From Lobosporangium transversale (taxonomy: Eukaryota): a stretch of DNA of 64,000 bases. The notes beneath the pieces are model-generated. The model was not told the origin of the DNA and did no database searches. It saw only the letters and a program-made list of their open reading frames with translations. Of the stretch, positions 25,473 to 39,178 are shown piece by piece; position 1 is the first letter of the stretch, and every line of letters begins with the position of its first letter. Position numbers and translations under genes: made by a program. Where the stretch lies: positions 186,001 to 250,000 of the forward strand of contig NW_019029019.1 of assembly GCF_002105155.1 (NCBI RefSeq), in the 5' to 3' direction.

Positions 25473-28400
25473 AGTATTTTAAAGTATAGTTTTATCAAGC
25501 ATTTCCTTAAAAAAAAAATAAAATAAAATAAAATAAAATAAAAAATAGAAAAAATAATAAGAGGTCTTTACCCGCCGCTCCTTATGTTCCATGAAACTCA
25601 AGAGCACATTTTTCAGGTACTCAACATTCATATCTTCATCTGGTACTGGTTGCGTTCGTGGAAACCGAGGCGTTGCAGGCGGAGTCAAACTCAGGATTGG
25701 TGTGGAAAAGGCCCTCCCACTTGTAGCATTTGTTCCTCCTGCTGGTGTGGATGATACATGACCCTGAGAATATGGCGAGTAGGGTGATGAGGGTGAGGGA
25801 AGCGGTGAATTGGGTAGATGTTTTGATAGTTTTCGTACTTCGTCCTTCAAAGTCTAGATGGTGAATGCAAATCAGGAATAATAGCAATAAACATTAAAAA
25901 CAACAGAGGTGTAAGTATTCTTGCTCTTTTCACAAAGTTTAATACTTGATTCTAGGACACAGTAACTTTGATTACCTTGTTAAGGTTGCGGAAGTAATTC
26001 TCGCGAATCTTAAAGTCCTCAGCAGCGGCCTCGTAAGCTTCTTTTTCCTTCATTAATACAGCCTCAGCATCCTTGATACGTTCCTAGAAAGGAGATGAGA
26101 TAATTTTGTCAGCAATTTGATAAGCATGGTTTCCAATTCATTTAAGGGATTCTTTTTACCCTTCTTGCAAAGCATTTTGATTTTACAACACTTACAAGTT
26201 CTTTCTCCAGATCAAGTTTTGAGTTTGTCATTTCTTGCATCTCCGCCTCGAGGGACTTTATTGTCTGGAACCGTTCTTCCAGCTGTTTGGCGGAACTTTC
26301 GGCCTCGTACCGAATGTCCTTCTCTGTTTTCCTCAATGCCTCAAGCTCCTCCCGTCCTTGCTCCAGTCGCTCCTTCAAGCTTGAAATCTCCTCGCCTAGA
26401 ATATCTCTAGTCTCTTCGATATCGTTTTTCCATTTCTGAGCTAGCTCCTTGACTTCCAGTTCTTTTTGCTGTATCTGCTCCTGCGCGTTCGAGAGCGCTG
26501 CCTCCAATTCATCAATCCTGGTTTTGCAGGTTTCTAATTCCACAACTTTAGATTCCGCTACACGCTTGGCGATCGATGTCAGCTCCTCTAATGTGTCAAC
26601 TCTATTCCTAGCCTCCATTAACTGAGCTTTGTACTCACTCATCTGTGTCTCTGCATTCTCTTGCATTTTTTGAAGTGTATCCAGTTCTGCCTGCTTCATT
26701 TGCACTTTCTTTTGATTGGTTTCCTTCTCCTGTTTCAGTCCATCTCGCTCACTAGATGCCTGGTCGCGCTCCTGGAGGATTTTCACATGCGTGGCTTTCA
26801 AACGTTGGAGTTCCTGTGATGCTATTGATTGATCACTAGTCAGCTTGGCAACCTTAACTTTTGTCTCCTGCTGTACCTTGGACAGATCGGCTTTGGCAGT
26901 TTCCAACTGGCCCAGAAGCGTCAATTTCTCCTTTTCCAGCTTCGAGATCTTTTGCAATAGCTTATCGTCATTAGACTTTGACCCTTGAGCGGATTTGTTG
27001 GCATTAAGTAGGTCTTGATCACGTTGATGGATTGTTTCTTTAGCCAAAGCAAGAGCTTCGGTCTGCTCACGTTCCTTAGCCTCCAGTGCACGAATACGTA
27101 GACGAAGCTCCTCCATCTGCTGATGAGCATCCGTCTTTGCGGCTAATAGCTGTTTGTTTTCGTCTTCCATGATCTTAATCTTCTGTTCCAATACCTCGAT
27201 CTGTCCTTGACAATCTCGGAGTTGTTGCTCAAGCTTATTCTTTGATTGTAACAACGAATCACGCTCTGCTGTCAGACCTTGGATCTCCTTTGTAAGCTGG
27301 ATAACCATGTCTGCATGAAGGGTCCTCTGCGTATGCGCTTCACCCTGTGCAAGCTCTAATTCCTTTGTCTTAGTCTCCAACTCCGCTTTTAGCCCATCTA
27401 GCTTCTCCTCTAAAACCTTCTCCTTGTCAGAGACCTCATCATCAGTGCCAGCAATGCGATCTGACATACTGTCACGGCGATCAGATTCCATTTCCTTCAA
27501 TCTAGCATTGGCGTCATCCAGTTCCTTGACCAAAGCATCCTGTTTCTCGGTTAGGAGCCTCTTTTCTTCATCGGTCTTCTCCTGCATGGCCTCAAACTGC
27601 GTTCTCAAATCCTGCAGGCGAGCTTCCAGATCCTGTTTCTCCTTAGAGAGTTCTTCAATTTGTCCTGTGAGGCTCTGCTCTTGGCCAACCTTGGATTCCT
27701 TGAGCCTTTCAAGTCTCTTTTCCAATTTGGCGACTTTTTCCACAACCATATCGCGGTCTTTAGCCAGCTCTGTGACCTTATCGCTTGCAAACCGCTCTGC
27801 AGTCCTGACAGCCGCCAGTTCAAGTGTCACTCGTTCGATACCCTCTGCCACGCGAGCTTGTTCCATTTCTTTCTCTCTTTCCTTCTCCTTGATCAATAGG
27901 TCGGACTGCTCTTGTACCTGTGCCTCGAGTGCCTCCTTTTGCTCCATTAATAGCCTCAGCTCTTGCTCCAGGCCTCTGATCTTTTCAGATGATGAGCGTT
28001 CGAATCCCTGATGAAGGCGTTCAAGTCGTGCTAGCTTCTCTGAGAGCTCAGCTCGTTCTTGTTTTAGAGACGAAAGCTGTTCCAGAGTACCGATGTCATT
28101 TTCCGATGTGGAATTGGAAAGAGATATGGTCTGCATCTCTTCTGTGGAAAAAGATGACGATAACGGGAGAAAAGGCACTGGTGTCGACAATGTACTATCC
28201 TCCTCCATTAAAAGTCCCATTCTTGTATCAAGGTCAACGTCTCGCGCCGCCTTGGTGGTTTTAAGCTCATTCCGGAGGGCCACAACCGCAGCCACAGCCA
28301 CTTCTTTGGCCTCTTTCGCCTGGTTCAATTCTCTCTGCAGTCGTTGCTGGTCGTCGTTGGTGCCATCGCGCATCTTCAGAGCCTCCTCTCGCCATTGCCG

Positions 28401-31114
28401 CTCTAGGTCCAGTAGCCGTTGCTTCTCCTGAACTTCCTCCTGCGCCTCAACCAAGTCCTGCTTGACCTCTCCTAAAGCTATTGCCAAATCATGCAACTCT
28501 TTGACTTGAGCATTTGCAGCTTCTAGATCCTTTTGGGTCTGAGCAATGGATTCCTGGATAGTGTCATAGGCCTGCCGAGCTTCTGCTAATGCAGCTTCAG
28601 CGGATTCTTTCGCTTGTATAGCCTCGAACTCCTTCTTTAATGCCATCTCGAGCTCCTGCTTGATGGCCAATAACTGTGCTTGAAGCGTAGGTACCTGACT
28701 GTCCCCTAATAAGGTGGCAGGGCTCTGCGAAGCCATGCTTACCGTTAAATCATTGGTGTCTGCTGTCGTTGTAGTTGCTGATCCTTCCTTGATGTCAACA
28801 ATGCTGTCAAATGTCCTTGCCTTCACATCATCTACACGTGCCAAAGCAGCAGCGGCAGTCGCGGCCTCACGACGAGCACGCTCTTCCATCTCTGCGACAG
28901 TATTCTGGAGTCGATCCATTTTTTGAGCCATTTCCCTGTTCAGCACCACTTCCTTTTCTAATTGAGTTTGGAGTCGCTTCTGCTTCTCTACAGCCTCCTC
29001 TTGCTCCTCAACTGCCTCATTTTTTTCTTTAAGGACCGATTCTAGGCGTACCATTAACTCCTTCAGCGCCTGAGCTTGATCTCTCTTCCTGGGGTTTTTG
29101 GCCTTTTTGTCCTTTGAGATTGAAGGCGAAAGTGTATCTAGACTGGAGGTTGAATGAGTTTCTAATAGCGGTGGTAATGAGATTGACATCGGAGATGAGG
29201 GTGCTGAGCTCTGCGAGATGTTAGCAGACAAATCAAGCGAATTGACTTTGGTTTCATCCCCTAATGACGGCTCCGTCCGTTGTATCGATGAAGAACTATT
29301 GAAATCATTATCATCCGCCGAGTCCTCCTATTTCATAAAATAGGTATTAGATGAAAAGAAAAAAAAAATAAAAATAAATAAATGAAACTCTTCTTTTTTT
29401 TGCTTAATGCCAATCATGTCAAGTATGCTTTGTATCCTGATAAAAGAATAGCATTCGGGCCATTTACCTCGTCCTTTGAAGCTAATTGACGCTGTAAATT
29501 GCTGATGAGAGCGTCCTTGGAGGCGATCTCGAGATCTTTGGTCTTGATTGTCTCTAAATGCGTTTTAAGATCGACAGCGCATTGGGTCAGAATGGAATAG
29601 AAAGAAAGAAAAGAGAAAAGCGTTTAATATGTAATAATGTTTAATGGCAGCAGTCAGATTGAAAAACGAGTAAAGGGAAAAGTAGTCATGACTGTCTTGT
29701 GCTTACCTCGCAATTCTTCGGATAGACGTCTAATCTCCTGCATTGACATCTAGTGATTGGGAGTTGTCAATAAAAGTATATAGAAATATTTCCACATAAT
29801 ATTACAGGAGCCGGCGTTAGTGAAGATTGACGATTTAATAAGCACGCAGGCTTGGAAAGGATATAAAGCGCCTACCTCGTTCTTATAAGCCATGTTTTGC
29901 AAGTGCGCCTCCAGAGCCTCAAGATCACTCAAATCCTCTAGTGCCGTGGTAGCCTTGAGGACTACTTCTGCTGCAATCTTTTCTTGTACGATTTTTCGGA
30001 ACGCCCTCTGCAAGATCTATTAAAGTAAACCGGGTTAAATAGAAATTTAAAAAAAAAAAAAAAAAAAAAATGTCGGGTTAAGATGGTTCACAGCTCTCTC
30101 TCGTCTCATTTTCTAGGCTTGCTTATCAGTTGTGCAGGGAAGCTGCCGATCGTATCAAGCAACAAGTATGGCACCATATGCACACTGCAAGCATCGAATA
30201 AAAGAGAACAGATATAGAAACAGTATGGTTGGCCTGCCTCGTTGTTCATGATGTATCCTTTTGATCTCACTTGACTCGTCAGTCAATTGAAAAACTCTGC
30301 TGCTGCTTCTTTTTATCCATCGATTTCCGCTCCCAGTATTGCTACTGCCGCTGCGGCTACCGCTGATAAAGTTGTTTACGCCAATGTTCTTCTTCTCACC
30401 TGGAAACCTTGCCTCATACCGCTGCAAGAGCTCTAACTTCTCAATCACGGCATCTGGAAGCTCGGTCTCTGCAGGCTGCTGTTCCCTGATCCTGAGAAGT
30501 TCTGAAGGATCCGGCTTCTCATCCTGAGGATTAAGCGTTAGCCTCTGAACCAACACAGCCAAGCGACTCCCATTGCCAATATCGTTTTGGATATTTCGTA
30601 TACTACTTGTACTACTTCTGACACTATGAATAGTTCGATGATCATTGCTTATTGCTGAGGACGATGGTATTGAGGTTGTTGATGATGTTGATGCTGGTGT
30701 TGCTATGACTGTAGCTCCTGTATTTTCGGAGTTTTCCGCCAGATCAACAGATGATCCTCCACTGTTTCCTAAACGAGGCCGGCGGAAGAAACGGGCTGAT
30801 GTAGATGATAAAGACGAGGAAAATGATGTACTTGTACTGCCCATGATTCTGGATGCAATAGGCGCAAAAGATCCTTGTGAAGGAGTGGGCGAGTGAGGTG
30901 AGCTGAGGGATGTCATCAAGGACGAAGAGGATTGTAACGATTCTACAACGCCCTCTTTAGGACCTTCTAAGCTATCTCCTGTTGCATTATTACCGCTATT
31001 GTCGCTGCTAGAGGCAGTGGGAGTATCAGCAGCTCCAGAGGTGGTTGTTGTTAGACCTTTTTCCTGTAAGGTTGTGAGACCTGTGTTCAATCTCTCTTTA
31101 AAAGAAGAGAACAT
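25359..31114 (-). CDS. GRIP-domain golgin (Imh1-like coiled-coil protein), multi-exon
   Basis: Coiled-coil exon of about 1000 aa. C-terminal NVEYLKNVLLSFMEHKERR spliced to QPLIPVLSQILKLSVEEKKRL forms a GRIP domain. Start MFSSFKERL. Confidence 0.88.
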
Positions 31115-31899
31115 GATGGGCAATAGTGGTGAAAGGAGATCTTTCTAGTTGTATATCCTCAACACATAAGTAAAAACAAACAGATGAAAGCGACGCAGCA
31201 AAGAGGAGGAGAAAGTGAAAAGCAGGGCCACAACAAAGCCCGCCTTATTCTTTTTAGTACAAAAAGCTTTCGATGACTAACGCGTCCGGTGTATGTTAAG
31301 TGCTTTGGTGAAAGGAACTGAGTAGGAAGGCAGAGATATGTATGAGTGATAGAAATATGTAAAAGGATGCTTGCAGCGTTCTTTTCCTCTTGTGTCCGTT
31401 CCGTGTGTGAGTACAAGTGTGGAGAAGAATGTTGTGCTATTTTAAGACGAGTGCTCTGTGAAAGAAAAGAAAAGAAAAAAGCTGTTATACTACTATAGGT
31501 ATATACAAGATGATGAAGAGACAAAAAAAAAAAAAAAAAAAAGATTTAAAAAGATGAAGAGAAATGAGATGAGCACATGAGAGTGGAGGATGCACATGGA
31601 AGGAATATCCATCTATATCCATGTTCATGAATAAGCAATGAATTTCAGGGGCTCTTCATTTCTGTATTGTGCTTACTCCCCCATTTTTGCTTACTGTCAA
31701 CCACACCAATTGCACTTGTCTTATTATGATAGTATCAGCTGTCAATTGGGGACACATTCTAATTTTACATTGTCAAATTATCAGATTAACATCCTGGTTG
31801 GATGGATAAAGATGGAGCTCATTTTGGTCAAGACAAAATTGAGCTCTTGAGTATTGAACAATTGTTCAAGTTCTGTGTTACAAACTGTCTTTCCACTTC

Positions 31900-32743
31900 T
31901 CACATCGAACAAAGGCTGCGCGCATACACATGATCATCCATGTTCGTCGACGAGCGTGTCCATACAAAAGACCCTAGAACTATCAGCATCGCCAACTGTG
32001 CAGCCACGACGGATGATACTCCATAGATATAACTTGCTCGTCGTGACAATATCTTCAGCTCCAGTGCAAATGTCGAGATTGTCGTCAAGCAACCTAGAGG
32101 AAGGGAAAAAATGGAGGTTATAATCGATTTTCATTCTTAAAAAAAAAAAAAAAAAAAAAGGGTCCAATATTTTTACTTACCACAGAACCCATCCTGAAGT
32201 CCACTTAATACCTGACAAATCAGAGTACTCTTTCCTCCAACCCCAGATGAATGCTGCAAGCACACAAGAGCAGCTAATATGAGGGATCCAATGACGTTGG
32301 CTGCGAATGTGCCTACAGGAAACTGTTTCGTTCGAATGTTGAATCGTGAGAGGTACCATCGAAGGATCGCTCCGGGGGGCGCAAAGCAAATAGCAAAAAC
32401 TACATGGCGCCATGAAGTCCACGATCCCTGAGGCATCAAGATAGTTACCAAGACCATGCCAATCCAGAGCAAAACACATGATCCAATGATGATAAAATCG
32501 AGTATAGTCCAGTGCAAAGGCGACTCTACAGGTTTTAATGGTTCTGGTTTATTCTGCATGCGGCTGCTATTATCACTGTTGTCAGTGGTGTCCTTTTGAA
32601 GGATAGCCTCCCCAAGATGCATACCCGACTGCAATCCAACCATGGAGAACGCCAATGTTACAACCAATTCCGTTAAAGCTGAAAGAACCTAATGTAACAC
32701 ACAATATCGTGTTTGCATTATCAGCAAAAGACATATACTATTG

Positions 32744-32776
<33 letters not shown>

Positions 32777-33404
32777 AAGCATAGCCCTGCATGTTCTTTA
32801 AATCCAGGGCACTACTAACGTTCTGTAGCGGATGACGCTTGATCTTGGTCGGGTTAATCATTTCTACAAAGATCCCCAAACTCCATGAAGAGAACGTGGT
32901 AATGGACCCACAAAGTCCCGACGAGAGCCCCACATAGATAAATGGTCCTATCCAACGAGCCTTGTGAGTAATCCTTTTCGTGGCAAGGCCCTGATTGATC
33001 CATTCTCTTGTTGATACAAACAAGCCCATGAACATGCATCCGATAAACTGAGGCCATGCTAACGCGAACACTTGTTGTCCTGGAAAAGTCTCAATTGATA
33101 CCAAACCCAGACGAATTAGAAGACCCAAGATGGAGAAAGGAATGATCAATGCAGGGGTCAAAATGGATATCCGCGGCGGTCGAAGTGTTAGTGGAGATGC
33201 GCCTGCAGCTGGTCTGTCTTCAATTGAAGCTGCTTCTATAACTGCTTCTTCACCCTCTATTGGTGAAGGTAACTCAGCGACTTCTTCAACCTCAAGAGAT
33301 ATAGAGCCTGCATCCGAGGCATGGATTGTTGATGCTGTTGTTATTGTTGTTGTTACGCCTAATTCATTCAGATGTGAATGGGATTGAGAATGCAACTCTG
33401 TCAT
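31900..33404 (-). CDS. FEX1: FEX/CrcB double-domain fluoride exporter (3 exons)
   Basis: GLSSGLCGSITTFSSW and spliced GLQDGFCG-CLTTISTF CrcB motifs; APPGAILRWYLS; FPVGTFAANVIG. Confidence 0.9.
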
Positions 33405-33552
33405 ATTTGTTAACAAAAAAAAACTTTTAATCCTAAATTGTTCGCATGGACAAAAACTTCCAAGAGCAGGCAGTTGTTAAGGGCTAATAAAACCCATTCA
33501 CATGAATAGATCATTCCTGTTCATAATCCTCATCTTTCTTTATTTTGATGAA

Positions 33553-35115
33553 ATGGCTGACCATGCACATGCACGAGGAATCAATCGAATTGTCCCAGCA
33601 AGAGTAATAAATCTTTTTTTTTTTATTAGCCCAATCTATGAGACATGCGAGCAATGCTCTAGGACTCAGTTAGCTCATCATGTCTATTTCGTATTCTTTG
33701 TACTAAAAAAGGGTGTTGCAGAGGGGGTGAACACAATGGTACAACGTTCCATAGGCGGCGAAGATTTACCAATACTAGATCCGTTCTTGACCTTGGACGA
33801 GTTTCGAATGTCTGACCCATCTACAACCAAAGGCAAGGGCAATAGAAATACTAGTTCAAAATTAGGAACCGAGACAGGCTTTCCAGACCATCCACATCGC
33901 GGTTTCGAAACAGTTACTTTGATGCTGAAGGGCCACTTCCAGCATGAGGACTTTGCAGGTCATAAAGGAAGAATTGGACCTGGCGATGTACAATGGATGA
34001 CAGCAGGTCGTGGTATCGTCCATGCGGAAATGCCGTTGTTCTTGGACCAGGACGACATTGACATCGGCATCGGCATGCAAGTACAAGAGCAAGAGCTTAC
34101 CAAAAAGACTAGAGCTAAGAAAGACTCTCGAGATATTTGGGGACTACAGCTTTGGGTAAATCTGCCAAAGGAACACAAACTATGTAAACCCCAGTATCAG
34201 GAACTCAAAGACGCATGGATACCACGTTGGTCTGGCCCAAGTGATACCAGGGATGGACGAGATGATGGTGTTGCCCATCAAAGTGTAGAGGTCCTCAAAG
34301 GAGATACCAATGATTCTTCATTTGACAGCAACCTGCCCACTAGAAGTTCCAAAACAGGTGTTAATTCTGTAAGCACTGATATTGAGGTCAAGGTTATTGC
34401 AGGAGAGTCACATGGCGTGAAGAGTAAGGTGTATACAAGAACACCCACACAGTACTTTGAAATCAAAATGAAGAGCAACCAAGAACTCATTGAGTGGATA
34501 CCAGAGACACATGAAGGTTTTATTTATATTTTGCAGGGGCGAGGTTACTTTGGGATGGATATGGTTGAGGGACAGGCACAACAACTGCTCATACTATCCT
34601 CTGTAGATAGATCAAATGAGACAAGCCATAGGCCTAAGAAGGAAGAGAATTTGGTACACACACAGGACAATCTTCCTCTATCCTCTACCCTTGTCTCTAA
34701 GTTTGGCCACGATATATCAAAGGAGACGATATCCGTGCCCGACTCACAGCAACAGAGCGAACAATTCAATACCACAGCAACCGCATCCATAGTAAATCCC
34801 CAGCGGTCTTTCATCCAAATAACCACTAGGGATCAATCTCTACACATGGTATTGATTACAGGAGAACCTTGTCGTGAGCCTGTATTTCGACAGGGACCTT
34901 TTGTGATGACCTCACAAGAAGAGCTTGATAGAACGTTTAGAGATTATGAAGAAAAGAAACGAGGATTCGAAAGAGCCAAGGGGTGGGTCTCCAGTATCAG
35001 CCAGGGTACATTGGTGTCGGACTTTCCTAATGGATCTACTGCTGAGAATAAAGAGGGGCACCTAAAGAGCAAGAACAAGCAAGCAAGCAACAAAAAAAAG
35101 TTGCGACAAACATAG
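33553..35115 (+). CDS. Pirin-like bicupin protein with low-complexity insertions (probable in-frame intron 33604-33711)
   Basis: LDPFLTLDEF, GFPDHPHRGFETVT, GDVQWMTAGRGIVHAEMP, GLQLWVNLP, GPFVMT. Confidence 0.92.
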   Translation: MADHAHARGINRIVPARVINLFFFISPIYETCEQCSRTQLAHHVYFVFFVLKKGVAEGVNTMVQRSIGGEDLPILDPFLTLDEFRMSDPSTTKGKGNRNTSSKLGTETGFPDHPHRGFETVTLMLKGHFQHEDFAGHKGRIGPGDVQWMTAGRGIVHAEMPLFLDQDDIDIGIGMQVQEQELTKKTRAKKDSRDIWGLQLWVNLPKEHKLCKPQYQELKDAWIPRWSGPSDTRDGRDDGVAHQSVEVLKGDTNDSSFDSNLPTRSSKTGVNSVSTDIEVKVIAGESHGVKSKVYTRTPTQYFEIKMKSNQELIEWIPETHEGFIYILQGRGYFGMDMVEGQAQQLLILSSVDRSNETSHRPKKEENLVHTQDNLPLSSTLVSKFGHDISKETISVPDSQQQSEQFNTTATASIVNPQRSFIQITTRDQSLHMVLITGEPCREPVFRQGPFVMTSQEELDRTFRDYEEKKRGFERAKGWVSSISQGTLVSDFPNGSTAENKEGHLKSKNKQASNKKKLRQT

Positions 35116-35871
35116 AAAACATTAACAATCTAGAAACGGCTACAACTAGTATGAATAATAACAACTCTATATGAATTCAGCGGAATAACTTTGATAGCAA
35201 TTCTCGTCCATCATGGATGCAGTAACGTCTGGTTTAGCATCTTGTCGACGCCTTTTAACTCCGCGTAACTCTTTTTAGCATTTAAAAGAGTGCCTGAGTG
35301 CATTTTATAAAGATCAAGGCATAGGTAAGTTTGACAAAACGCCATTGCTGCCATCCAATGTTTTAAAGAAGCAAAGTGCGCTCAATTTACCGACAACATG
35401 GAGCATGCAGTGTCTCGTTCCGGATTTCCCTTTTTGACAGTTGTTGTATTCAATTGTCCAAAACACTGCATACATTTCGATAAAAGAGAGTCACGCAATA
35501 CCTGGTTGAAAATACATAAAGGGCGTATTTCAGTTTGAAACCTCTAGGATAGGATGCTTTGCATCTCTAGGACAGGCGTTTATCTGTCTTTAAAAAAATT
35601 CCTGGGCTTGGATACTATTAGCAGTTTAGGCTCACTCATGGCTTGTTCATGGCTTTCACCAGACGGGCGGCATTTCAATTTCTTGACGCGTGGAGGAAAT
35701 CATAGAGTCCGCTATTCTATCCATATATTTGACAATGATCTGAGACTTTCATAGTTGCTGTCAGTTCTATATAAATACCCTCCTACCTCTTGTATTTTTT
35801 TTCTCTCATCACCACAGCAATCGCTACAGTTACAGCTCCCGTCACTACAACCAACAACAACAACAACAATC

Positions 35872-36210
35872 ATGCGTTTTTCTACCCTTGCTCTTGGTCT
35901 CGTCGCCTTCGTCGCCACTGCCCAGGCCGCTTGCAGCAACGCAAGTGCCAAACCTGATAGCGGAGATATCGCTCTGTACAACGGCAAAGACTGCAGTGGA
36001 ACTTATACCAACGTGGGCGCCATGAATACTTGCAAGACCGGACTTGATTTTAAAGCCTGCTCTGCCATCACCAGGAAAGGTGTGACATGCGACATTTATA
36101 AGGCCAACAAGTGCTCTGGGGCTGCTATTACGATTGACTCTGCTGGATACCGCGGCTTCTGTGGTACTTTCAAGGATACCATTAATAGCGTCAGATGCCG
36201 TAGTGCATAA
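35872..36210 (+). CDS. Small secreted 8-Cys protein (112 aa), paralog 2
   Basis: MRFSTLALGLVAF signal peptide; same Cys pattern as 8079-8417; tataaatacc upstream. Confidence 0.85.
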   Translation: MRFSTLALGLVAFVATAQAACSNASAKPDSGDIALYNGKDCSGTYTNVGAMNTCKTGLDFKACSAITRKGVTCDIYKANKCSGAAITIDSAGYRGFCGTFKDTINSVRCRSA

Positions 36211-36371
36211 AAAAACAAAAAATATAGTATGTCTGCCCTACGCTACGAAGTGTAGTGACATTTAATAAAATATTGCCTACCATCACTGTGATACATCCAA
36301 CATCAACGATACCACACGGCCAAAGACCTGTATGAATAGTGGACTCTCGGTTATCTTGGTACATCTTTGTT

Positions 36372-36403
<32 letters not shown>

Positions 36404-38731
36404 CGATAATAAAGTATACCATTTGGTAGTATTCATGGGTCAAAAAAGCTTGACGTTCACTAATAATGGATATGCAATCTATGACAGCCAGGATCATATG
36501 CAGTCGACTCTGCGTATATGAAGCCTCCACATGAGAAATAGTTCTTTATAAAAAGTAGTTTATCGGTCCCGAATTCGGGACTTGATGATAAAAGAAAATA
36601 TTCTTTAAGAAAAACAATCCAAGGTAGACTGAAATCTGTTTCTGTATGTCTGATCCTGAAGTTGCCAGGGAAATGATATCATTCACTCCATCACATTTAT
36701 AGCTTATGAGATATTGAAATCAGAGCGCAAAATAGCCTCATGATAAACTCTATTATTTATTAAGATATACAACGTTAAGGCTGACTTAGGTTTAATTTTT
36801 GCACAGCTTTAAACGTTATCTGTCATGGTGATTCGTGCGGGTCCAGAGGAAGCTACGCAGACAACGCTACGTTCACACCCAAACTTTGGAGTGCACCTCG
36901 AAGAGACTCCTAGTTTTATTCATAAAGTTAGGATATTGTACGACAAAATGACAGGGCCTTAATAAAAAAGACCCCCTGTGTGTAATGATTTAAGCTGGAT
37001 ACTATTTTTGGTTAAACTAAATCAATTATAGGTCTTTTACTTAACAAACAGCTGTAATTGACAACAGTCTATCAAAAAAAAGAATGGCAATGGGTTTCTT
37101 GATCTTCTTCACTCTTGTCTCAGAAAACATCTCAGACACCAGCATGTTGGGGATCAAAGAAGTTTACATGGGACTCCGCACGTGTTGGAAGGAGTCCTAA
37201 TAATGAAACAGAGCGGATCTGATGCTAAAACAGTAAAAAACCTACTCTATTGCTGAAGCAGTGTTTTTCATATAGACCTTTAAAACCAAAAATCCGTGAA
37301 GCTTCATGAGGTACATGCGAGAAAAAGATGGAAGTGTGCTTTCATCATCAGGCGTACGCTGCTTCGGGATCAAGTCCATGCCCTTTCAGTACCGGCCTTC
37401 CATCTAGCCTATACTGGAAGCGAGAAAAAAAAAAAAAAAAAAAAAAAAAAGCGCGGTCCTTTATTTAGGCTCAGATCGCTGTGTCAAACACCACCGCGGA
37501 CTCAATTGTTATTAGACTTGTACAATACATATGAGACATACGCCGCCCTAATACTCAATCCCCGCATCCAAGTTAGCTACCACAAATTATATAATCATAC
37601 TCGTATTGAGTGAATCTGCGTGTTGACCGGCATGACTAGAATGAAAAGAAAGCAGGCTATGATAAAATAATGCGGCTCTTCAGAACGCTTCAAAACATGT
37701 TTTCAAACGATAGTTCCTAAGAAAGGGTAAGGTTGAGCTAATTCTGCAATCATTCAGTCCCTATCGGAGGCTTTGAATATTTCAGCACTCCAAATAAATA
37801 TAAAAAAAATAAACACCAAGGGTATTATGGCTCGGGACCCTTCTACTGCTTAGCAGCCAAGGAGATTTTTATTGTAACATCTCTAAGAACAGATAGCTGG
37901 CCAGCTTCCGCCCACCTACTAGGAAGTATTGGATCATCCCACCTATATCTTATTTAAGCATCCTCATTGGTTTCTTCTCTTCTTCTCTTCATGACAGTTA
38001 TAAAAAAAAAAAAAAGGAGGGCAAAACAATGAGAATAGGAAGATTTCAACTACGAATGCATGTGTAGATGAAGCAATTTTTTTTTGATCGCCTCCTACGT
38101 TCTCCACTGCCTGCCATGTTCAGTAGTAAACATGACAGGTAAATTACTATGAGACGGTGTTCACGAGATAGACTGTGCTGAGAGGAGGCGCGGATGTGGT
38201 TGCACAGACTTCACCCAGCCAGTTGTTTGTGCGTGTTTAATGGATTTGCTTTTTTAAAGGAATCCCACAACCTTTGAAAATTTCTTAAAATTGTGATCTC
38301 AATCAACCCCAGCCAATAGAGCCTCCCCCTTTCCTACGCCTCTCGTATCCCCTGAAGGAAAGTGAAACGTCTTTGGAATGGACACTCTCGCCTTCTACCC
38401 TTCAAAAGCCTAGGCCCAGCCAATTCAAGAACGGATCAAGCGTTAACCGGTTCTCTCTTTATATCTTTTCCTACATATATGACGGATAATTGTTATTATT
38501 GGGCGAAGCACTCAGTAATTGGTCCTTTGCTGCACAACTATCCGTGCCTGGAAAATAGTAACAAATACGCGAAAGGGAGAGAAAAAGGGACATATGGAAG
38601 GGTAAATGAAAAAAAAAGGTATAAAATGGCCAAGAATCTCTTCATCTGGAGTAGCATCAACTCTAACATCATCTACTTGCCGGCTCCTACAACAGCAATA
38701 ACATCAATAAAAACCTTCAAATTTCTTCACT

Positions 38732-39178
38732 ATGTACCGCATCCAAGTTTTAATCCTCGCCCTACTTGGCCTCGCTGTCTCTGTTCAAGCCTACTGCAAG
38801 AGAGCAGTCGGTATCCGTGTCATGACCAACAACAATTGCCGTGTTGCCTACTGTGGTCCAAGGACCTGCTACTACCAACCTTGTCATTACATTTGGATCT
38901 ACCATGATGATGGATCTTACACCGGTGGCTTCCAGATCGCTGCTGCTGCCAACTTTAATGAGGGCAAGCAAGATCAGGTTTACGAATGGGCATTCTATGG
39001 AACCAAAGACGGCAAGGGTATGAGTGTCTTTGCTAATGGTTGCGGTGGCAATGGAGGTAACGGTGGTTTAGGAGGAATGGGTTGTGAAGGAAAGGCTGTC
39101 AGGAGAACCAACATTAGCCTCCCCGGAGTCAGCAAGGTCTACTATGATTGTGGACGGCTTCCTCCAGTCCCCAAGTAG
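38732..39178 (+). CDS. Secreted Cys/Gly-rich protein of unknown function (148 aa)
   Basis: Signal peptide MYRIQVLILALLGLAVSVQA, 8 Cys, coding-like composition, tataaaa near 38620. Confidence 0.75.
   Translation: MYRIQVLILALLGLAVSVQAYCKRAVGIRVMTNNNCRVAYCGPRTCYYQPCHYIWIYHDDGSYTGGFQIAAAANFNEGKQDQVYEWAFYGTKDGKGMSVFANGCGGNGGNGGLGGMGCEGKAVRRTNISLPGVSKVYYDCGRLPPVPK

Noticed and set aside
26117..29032. Antisense ORFs within the golgin exon
   Set aside because: Shadow ORFs produced by coiled-coil codon bias.
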